DNA of 32,000 nucleotides from Pasteurella multocida (GTDB lineage Bacteria; Pseudomonadota; Gammaproteobacteria; Enterobacterales; Pasteurellaceae): NCBI RefSeq assembly GCF_900187275.1, contig NZ_LT906458.1, positions 1,110,001 to 1,142,000 of the forward strand, read 5' to 3'. Shown piece by piece: positions 26,958 to 32,000 of this stretch (position 1 is its first letter; each line of letters starts with the position of its first letter). The notes under the pieces were generated by a model. It saw only the letters and a program-made list of their open reading frames with translations, ran no database searches and was not told where the DNA came from. The position numbers and the translations under genes were made by a program.

Positions 26958-27248
26958 ATGAAAAAATTGGCAACTTTAGCCGCATTAGCCGGTGCATTAA
27001 CCATGGCAGCAACAGCGCCTGCACAAGCAGAAATGAAATCAGCAGGGAAGGCTGAGCAATGTGTCGAAGGTAAATGCCTAAAAACCAAAGCGGCTGAAGG
27101 TAAATGTGGTGAAGGTAAATGTGGTGCACATGACCACAAAGCAAAAGCGGCAGAAGGTAAATGCGGTGAAGGCAAATGTGGTACACATGATCACAAAGCA
27201 AAAGCCGCTGAAGGTAAATGTGGCGAAGGAAAATGCGGTTCTAAATAA
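26958..27248 (+). CDS. hvfA: Secreted Cys-repeat RiPP precursor (HvfA/bufferin-like, EGKCG repeats)
   Basis: 96 aa with RBS GAGGAG. Signal peptide MKKLATLAALAGALTMAATAPAQA|E, then six EGKCG motifs plus EGKCL and EQCV. It lies immediately upstream of a DUF692/DUF2063 gene pair. Confidence 0.85.
   Translation: MKKLATLAALAGALTMAATAPAQAEMKSAGKAEQCVEGKCLKTKAAEGKCGEGKCGAHDHKAKAAEGKCGEGKCGTHDHKAKAAEGKCGEGKCGSK
27090..27239 (+). repeat. 57-bp coding tandem repeat (2.6 copies) encoding AAEGKCGEGKCG(A/T)HDHKAK
   Basis: Copies lie at 27090..27146, 27147..27203 and 27204..27239 (partial). The differences between copies are almost all synonymous third-position changes. Confidence 0.9.
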
Positions 27249-27260
27249 AGCACAACGATT

Positions 27261-27283
27261 GCTGGTGTAATGTTTACACCAGC
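27261..27283 (+). promoter_or_regulatory. Perfect 10-bp hairpin between the precursor and oxidase genes (partial terminator or mRNA-stabilising stem)
   Basis: gctggtgtaa-tgt-ttacaccagc, 13 nt after the hvfA stop. Only a weak T tract (gcttt) follows it. Confidence 0.5.
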
Positions 27284-27309
27284 GCTTTAATTAAAATAAT
27301 GGAGTCAAT

Positions 27310-28233
27310 ATGATGTTACAAGGTGCAGGCTTAGGGTATCGTCGTGATCTCGCTGAAGATTTTTTATTACTGCCCGACAACAGCGTTGTCAACTTTATGG
27401 AAGTGGCACCAGAAAATTGGATCAAAATGAGAGGGGCGGCGCGCTATAAATTTGATCAAGCGGCAGAACGATTTCCACTCGCCGTCCATGGCCTTTCACT
27501 CTCTTTAGGTGGACAGGCGCCTTTAGATAAAGCCTTATTACAGGGCATTAAAGCATTAATGACACAATATCAAGCTGTCTTTTTTTCTGAGCATTTAAGC
27601 TATTGTGAATGTGACGGACATCTTTATGATTTGCTCCCGATGCCATTTACAGAAGAAGCCGTAAAACATGTGGCACAGCGTATTCGTGAAGTACAAGATT
27701 TTCTGGGTATGCAAATTTCCTTAGAAAATACGTCCTATTATTTGCATTCACCAACCAGTACCATGAACGAAGTCGAATTTCTAAACGCCATAGCCCAAGA
27801 GGCTAACTGTGGTATTCACTTAGATGTCAATAATATTTATGTGAATGGTGTGAACCATGGCTTGCTCAATCCTTATGTTTTTTTAGATCATGTTGATGTT
27901 AGCCGTGTAAACTATATTCATATTGCAGGACACGATGAGGAACATGGCGCCGCAAATCCGATTTCCCCTTCTGATGAAGCCTTTAATAAAATAAAAGGAG
28001 AATATCGTCATCTCCCCCAATTATTAGTGGACACACATGGTGAGGCGGTAAAAGGTAATGTCTGGGATTTATTAGAATATGCTTATCAACGTTTACCGCA
28101 TATTCCACCAACATTACTTGAACGTGATTTTAATTTCCCTCCGTTTGCCGAGCTTTATGCTGAAGTCGAACATATTGCGCAACTGCAACAAAAACACGCT
28201 AAACTGACAGTGGAAAATCGCCATGCAGCCTAA
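27310..28233 (+). CDS. hvfB: DUF692 / MbnB-like multinuclear non-heme iron oxidase (MNIO), RiPP maturase
   Basis: 307 aa TIM-barrel-type protein. [60 protein letters not shown] and IHIAGH match the conserved DUF692 blocks. Confidence 0.88.
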   Translation: MMLQGAGLGYRRDLAEDFLLLPDNSVVNFMEVAPENWIKMRGAARYKFDQAAERFPLAVHGLSLSLGGQAPLDKALLQGIKALMTQYQAVFFSEHLSYCECDGHLYDLLPMPFTEEAVKHVAQRIREVQDFLGMQISLENTSYYLHSPTSTMNEVEFLNAIAQEANCGIHLDVNNIYVNGVNHGLLNPYVFLDHVDVSRVNYIHIAGHDEEHGAANPISPSDEAFNKIKGEYRHLPQLLVDTHGEAVKGNVWDLLEYAYQRLPHIPPTLLERDFNFPPFAELYAEVEHIAQLQQKHAKLTVENRHAA

Positions 28234-28942
28234 ATCATCGAATCTTAAAGCAACCCAAGCTGCTCTAGCTAAAGCCGTACGTCTAGGGCATGCTGACCCT
28301 TTAAATGGTTATGCACCACAGCGTTTAGCCGTTTATGCTCGCTTAGTACGTAATAACACATTTGGGTTTATTGATCGCTGTTTTGTTGAAGCCCCAAATC
28401 ATCTTTCAGCAACAAGGTGGGCAGAAACGAAAGAACGTTTTATCCAAGAAGGGAAAGCAACATCCCCCTATTTCCAAGATATCGCGGGAGAATTTCTTAC
28501 CTTTTGTCAGACACAAACTGATTTCTCGGCAGACATTTTAGCTTTAATGGATTTTGAATATACTCAACTGCTTGCCGAGGTAGAAAAAACGAATCTTACT
28601 GATCCGATAGCGTGGGATGAGAGAACAGAGATGCAATTATCTCCTGCTGCTTTCCTCAAAAGTTATGATGTGGACTTTTTATCAAGTCACTTTAGTCAGC
28701 TTGAAAAAGCTGCATCGCATATCATTGTTTGGCGTAACCGACATTTTCAGGTAAAACAGCAAAAACTGTCCGAATTAGATTTTTGGTTACTGACTTACCT
28801 TACTGAGCAACCGACATCACTCTTACATCTCTCACAGGCATTAGCGGATCTCATCGCTGATCACGCTAGCTTACAGCCGATTTTGGCACAAGCGTGGACA
28901 AATTGGTTTGAAGCAGATGTCATCTGTCCAGTTACAGACTAA
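28223..28942 (+). CDS. hvfC: DUF2063-family partner protein of the MNIO (HvfC/MbnC-like, putative precursor-recognition subunit)
   Basis: 239 aa. The [21 protein letters not shown] block is typical of DUF2063. It overlaps hvfB by 11 nt. Confidence 0.75.
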   Translation: MQPKSSNLKATQAALAKAVRLGHADPLNGYAPQRLAVYARLVRNNTFGFIDRCFVEAPNHLSATRWAETKERFIQEGKATSPYFQDIAGEFLTFCQTQTDFSADILALMDFEYTQLLAEVEKTNLTDPIAWDERTEMQLSPAAFLKSYDVDFLSSHFSQLEKAASHIIVWRNRHFQVKQQKLSELDFWLLTYLTEQPTSLLHLSQALADLIADHASLQPILAQAWTNWFEADVICPVTD

Positions 28943-28974
28943 AAAACCGCAATCCATTTGTCTTAATACAAAAA

Positions 28975-29010
28975 CGGTGAAAATGTTTTGCATTTTCACC
29001 GCACTTTTTT
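28975..29010. terminator. Bidirectional terminator shared by hvfC (+) and the anti-sigma gene (-), containing a USS
   Basis: cggtgaaaatg pairs with cattttcaccg, followed by gcac and T6. An A-run lies upstream. The T-run overlaps the anti-sigma stop codon. Confidence 0.8.
28998..29006 (-). repeat. Hin-type USS core
   Basis: Exact ACCGCACTT. Confidence 0.9.
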
Positions 29011-29209
29011 ATTCAGGCTTACTCTCGTCTTTATCATGCTGCTGTGCAAATTGTTTCATCATTTGACTTAAACTTTCACAGTTTTTACCGAAATTATCAC
29101 ATCTTAGGCACATTAAACGATGTAACCTAACCCCCACGCTTTCGACTAAGGATAATGGTCTTTCATGAGATTCTGAGATGAGTTTCGTCACTTTAAAACA
29201 ATATTTCAT
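29009..29209 (-). CDS. Minimal soluble zinc-finger (ZAS, zf-HC2) anti-sigma factor
   Basis: 66 aa with no TM segment. C4, H30, C34 and C37 give C-x25-H-x3-C-x2-C, which is the RsrA-type ZAS ligand spacing, and there is an extra Cys at position 44. Its ATG abuts the sigma gene stop codon. Confidence 0.7.
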   Translation of the reverse strand: MKYCFKVTKLISESHERPLSLVESVGVRLHRLMCLRCDNFGKNCESLSQMMKQFAQQHDKDESKPE

Positions 29210-29761
29210 TTATCTCTCCCCCATTTTTGTCGTCAAACAATGCTGTAGCTGTAAACGAGCGCGGTAAAGTAATACATGCAAATTCGAGGTCGTTATTTGT
29301 TCTGTTGAACAAATATCCTCTGATGTCAGCTCTAAATACTCACGCATCATAAAGACTTTCGCTTGCAATGCCGGTAAGCGCGTCAAACACACTTCAAACA
29401 GAACCCAAAATTGCTCAGAATACACCGTATTTTCATTCTCTTGTAAACGAGAAGGTGCATATTCTTTACGCCAACGTCCACCATCAAAAAAGCTATTTTC
29501 ATCCTCATCAGTGATAAGTTCGCTTTCTACCACAAAACGATGATTAACGCGCAAGTAGTCAATAATTTTGTTCTTTAAAATCGCAAAGATCCATGTTTTT
29601 AATGCGGATTGTCGTTTAAAACTCTCTATATTTTTTAATGCGCTAACAAAGGCTTCTTGTACCACATCCTCTGCCAAAATAGGATCTTTAAGTTGCAACG
29701 TTGCAAATTTCAACATTTGCCCACGAATTGTTTCTAATTCTTCTGATGAAATATTGTGCAT
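29210..29761 (-). CDS. ECF-family RNA polymerase sigma factor
   Basis: 183 aa. Region 2 (DVVQEAFVSALKNIESFKRQSALKTWIFAILKNKIIDYLR) and region 4 (LPALQAKVFMMREYLELTSEDICSTEQITTSNLHVLLYRARLQL) are both present. Confidence 0.88.
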   Translation of the reverse strand: MHNISSEELETIRGQMLKFATLQLKDPILAEDVVQEAFVSALKNIESFKRQSALKTWIFAILKNKIIDYLRVNHRFVVESELITDEDENSFFDGGRWRKEYAPSRLQENENTVYSEQFWVLFEVCLTRLPALQAKVFMMREYLELTSEDICSTEQITTSNLHVLLYRARLQLQHCLTTKMGER

Positions 29762-29840
29762 AACCTATTTTAATCCATTAAATATTCAAAATTTGAAAAC
29801 CTAAAGGCTGTAAATAATCTAGCAATCACATTGACAAAAA

Positions 29841-29865
29841 AGGCTAGAATTTTAATTTCTAGCCT
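29841..29865 (-). terminator. Rho-independent terminator after tRNA-Leu
   Basis: aggctagaa pairs with ttctagcct, flanked by an A-run and a T-run. Confidence 0.75.
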
Positions 29866-29882
29866 TTTTGCTCTCTTTTAAA

Positions 29883-29968
29883 TGGTGCTCTGGGCGAGAC
29901 TTGAACTCGCACGTCCGATGGACACTACCCCCTCAAGATAGCGTGTCTACCAATTCCACCACCAGAGC
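29883..29968 (-). tRNA. leuU: tRNA-Leu (anticodon GAG), class II with a long variable arm, CCA encoded
   Basis: The reverse complement is GCTCTGGTGGTGGAATTGGTAGACACGCTATCTTGAGGGGGTAGTGTCCATCGGACGTGCGAGTTCAAGTCTCGCCCAGAGCACCA. The acceptor stem GCTCTGG/CCAGAGC and T-arm GCGAG-TTCAAGT-CTCGC are intact, and the anticodon loop is TTGAGGG. The secG-leuU synteny matches E. coli. Confidence 0.95.
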
Positions 29969-29981
29969 TTAATCTTTTTAA

Positions 29982-30329
29982 TTATTGAGGAATATCGCTA
30001 TTTTTTGTCTCAACCGCTGGCGCATCTATTTTTTGCTGTTGTTGAATTTGCTCAGCTGTTGCAGATAAATCATCAAATTTGCCTTGCTTGACGTTATTAC
30101 GGTGAGAGTTAACATTGCCAATCACAATACTCATCACAAAAAACGCTGTCGCTAAAAGCGCTGTCATTTTAGATAAAAAGTTACCTGACCCAACAGAACC
30201 AAAAATTGTACCAGAGGCACCACCGCCAAAAGACGCACCAGCATCCGCACCTTTACCTTGTTGAATCAAGATCAGAAAGACGATGACAATTGCAATGATT
30301 GCATAACCCAATAATAGTGTTTGATACAT
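29982..30329 (-). CDS. secG: Preprotein translocase subunit SecG
   Basis: Start trimmed to MYQTLLLGYAIIAIVIVFLILIQQGKGADAGASFGGGASGTIFGS, the canonical SecG N-terminus. Confidence 0.93.
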   Translation of the reverse strand: MYQTLLLGYAIIAIVIVFLILIQQGKGADAGASFGGGASGTIFGSVGSGNFLSKMTALLATAFFVMSIVIGNVNSHRNNVKQGKFDDLSATAEQIQQQQKIDAPAVETKNSDIPQ

Positions 30330-30546
30330 TATACTCTTCTCTAAAGTGCAAATTTGCATTTAAATTAACGTGCGGATATTATCGAATATCGTCATGAAGC
30401 GCAAGTAATTTTCTTCATTCCCATGTCACTTGTTGGTATTTTATTCAACAGTACTTAATTCCTCACTCATTCAGCCTCAATTAGCCCCCGCTTACCTGAG
30501 CAAAGTCCAAAAGATGTAACTTTTATCTAACTGGCATTTTACCTTG

Positions 30547-32000
30547 CTAAGTAGGACGCTTTTTAGACTTCGCGCTCGTCTTTTTCGAAAAAGACGGAGG
30601 TTTCTCCACTTGACTTAATTGGCGTAACGCGGCGAAGTTCACATAACGCATCAACTCAGGTAAAAAGTTCGTCAACGTTGACATAAATTGCTGATAACTC
30701 ATTTCTTTCTGACTAATACTGGTCAATTGTGATTCCCAATGCGCAGTCATATCAGGCTGTGTTGCCACATCGGGTAAGGCTTGAATTAAAATACGCCCAG
30801 TTTCAGTACTGTGAATATTGCGTCCTTTTTTATATAAAAAACCCCGCTTAAATAAGAGTTCAATAATGCCAGCCCTTGTTGCTTCTGTCCCTAACCCATC
30901 TGTTTCCCGCAGAATTTTTTTCAATTCTTTGTCTTGTACAAAACGCGCAATTCCGGTCATTGCAGAAAGCAATGTCGCATCAGTAAAGGGTTTAGGGGGT
31001 TGTGTTTTTTTACTAACAATTTCCCCTTTCTCGCAAAATAAAATCTGCCCTTTTTTCACGACAGGTAATAAAGGTTCTTGCTGCTCATCACTGTCTTCTT
31101 TCCCCAAAAGTTGTTTCCAGCCCGCAACTTGTAAATTCCGCGCTTGCGCAATAAAGGAGCCCCCCGCAATATTTAAGGTTATTTTACTTTTCCGATATTC
31201 TGCATCCGGACAAAATTGCATTAAATACTGCCGTGCGATTAAATGATAAATTTGCCATTCACGCTGATTCAGGTTAACGGGGGTATTTTTCGCTGTTGGA
31301 ATAATGGCGTGGTGTGCCTCTACTTTTTTATCATTCCAGCAACGATTTTTTTGCTCTGGATTTAAAATATCAGGCAAAGGCTGATAGTCTGAAATATGGC
31401 GAGAAATCGCCTGAAAGACTTTTGTGCGTTCCGCGAAATGCTCTTCTGGTAAATAACGGCAATCCGAACGCGGATATGTAATCAAACGGTGCGTTTCATA
31501 CAAACGTTGACAAATATCCAATACTTCTTGTGCCGATAAGCCATAACGTTTCGCCGCATCAATTTGTAACGCGGACAAAGAATAAGGCAACGGCGCACTT
31601 TCATGTTCGCGTTTATCCACATACTCCACCACCTCTGCAGGTTGTTGCGCAATCCGTTTGACTACATTTTCCACTAACCCTAACGAAAGCACACGTCCTT
31701 CTTCGTCCTGATAATCTTCGCACGCCTTACTTGGCAGCCATAAGGCTTTAAATTGTGGAATGTCCGCTTTCTCTTGCGCAGAAAGTGCGGTGATTTTTTC
31801 TGGTGTTTCCGCTTGAATATGGGCAAGTACTTCAAAAAAATCCTTTGGTTTGAAGTTTTCGATCTCTAAATCTCGACGCACAATCAAGCCCAACACAGGG
31901 GTTTGTACACGTCCCACTGACAACACACCTTGATAACCAGCTTGCCGACCTCGCAAGGTATAAGCGCGTGTCATGTTAATACCATACAGCCAATCTGCCC
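30547..32000 (-). CDS. topB: DNA topoisomerase III (C-terminal ~480 codons; the N-terminus lies beyond the right window edge)
   Basis: [25 protein letters not shown] and a basic C-terminal tail are present. The frame stays open from 31974 to nt 32000. Confidence 0.93.
   Translation of the reverse strand, partial: ADWLYGINMTRAYTLRGRQAGYQGVLSVGRVQTPVLGLIVRRDLEIENFKPKDFFEVLAHIQAETPEKITALSAQEKADIPQFKALWLPSKACEDYQDEEGRVLSLGLVENVVKRIAQQPAEVVEYVDKREHESAPLPYSLSALQIDAAKRYGLSAQEVLDICQRLYETHRLITYPRSDCRYLPEEHFAERTKVFQAISRHISDYQPLPDILNPEQKNRCWNDKKVEAHHAIIPTAKNTPVNLNQREWQIYHLIARQYLMQFCPDAEYRKSKITLNIAGGSFIAQARNLQVAGWKQLLGKEDSDEQQEPLLPVVKKGQILFCEKGEIVSKKTQPPKPFTDATLLSAMTGIARFVQDKELKKILRETDGLGTEATRAGIIELLFKRGFLYKKGRNIHSTETGRILIQALPDVATQPDMTAHWESQLTSISQKEMSYQQFMSTLTNFLPELMRYVNFAALRQLSQVEKPPSFSKKTSAKSKKRPT
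31783..31791 (+). repeat. Hin-type USS core (inside topB)
   Basis: Exact AAGTGCGGT. Confidence 0.9.

Noticed and set aside
26845-27201. Minus-strand ORFs 26845..27201 and 26933..27175 with striking HLPS/HIYLH repeats
   Set aside because: They are the antisense reading of the 57-bp hvfA coding repeat, so their repetitiveness is an artefact of that repeat. The plus-strand gene has the RBS, the signal peptide and the operon context.
27090-27239. Regularly spaced direct repeats that might suggest a CRISPR array or VNTR
   Set aside because: There are only 2.6 contiguous 57-bp copies with no unique spacers. They are in frame within hvfA and encode the EGKCG doublets, so this is a coding tandem repeat.

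Overview
The window is a chromosomal segment from a Pasteurellaceae genome of the Haemophilus/Aggregatibacter/Pasteurella type. Support: 12 exact Hin-type uptake signal sequences (AAGTGCGGT), about 40% GC, and proteins that closely resemble E. coli and H. influenzae orthologues as I recall them. Most of the window is housekeeping: yegQ/trhP, queA, a HAD hydrolase, dcuC, tgt-yajC-secD-secF, glyA, purH-(phosphoethanolamine transferase)-purD, dsbD, the zinc-independent L31/L36 paralogues (ykgM/ykgO type), arcA, ubiD, smpB, mop, qseBC, tRNA-Leu(GAG), secG and a partial topB. Two regions are not ordinary. (1) At 26.0-29.8 kb, a doxX / Cys-repeat secreted precursor / DUF692 (MNIO) oxidase / DUF2063 operon forms an oxazolone-thioamide-type RiPP metallophore cluster of the Hvf/bufferin family. 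On one side is qseBC, with PmrA/QseB-like TTAAG boxes in a 430-bp gene-free spacer. On the other side is a convergent ECF sigma factor with a minimal 66-aa zinc-finger (ZAS) anti-sigma factor. (2) At 1.87-3.63 kb, an AT-rich islet sits between yegQ and queA. It holds two tandem paralogous small membrane-anchored Cys-containing proteins, decayed 3' fragments of a HlyD-family type I secretion adaptor on both sides, a 41-codon Cys-rich ORF and a long inverted repeat. I interpret this as a degraded bacteriocin/T1SS locus that has kept orphan immunity-like genes. Two orphan promoter-plus-terminator units (candidate sRNAs or leaders) lie just upstream of the queuosine genes queA and tgt. A perfect PurR operator lies in the purH promoter. 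I found no CRISPR array, rRNA, IS element or prophage. All calls come from reading the sequence and the supplied translations; no searches were run, and RNA ends and regulatory sites are approximate.
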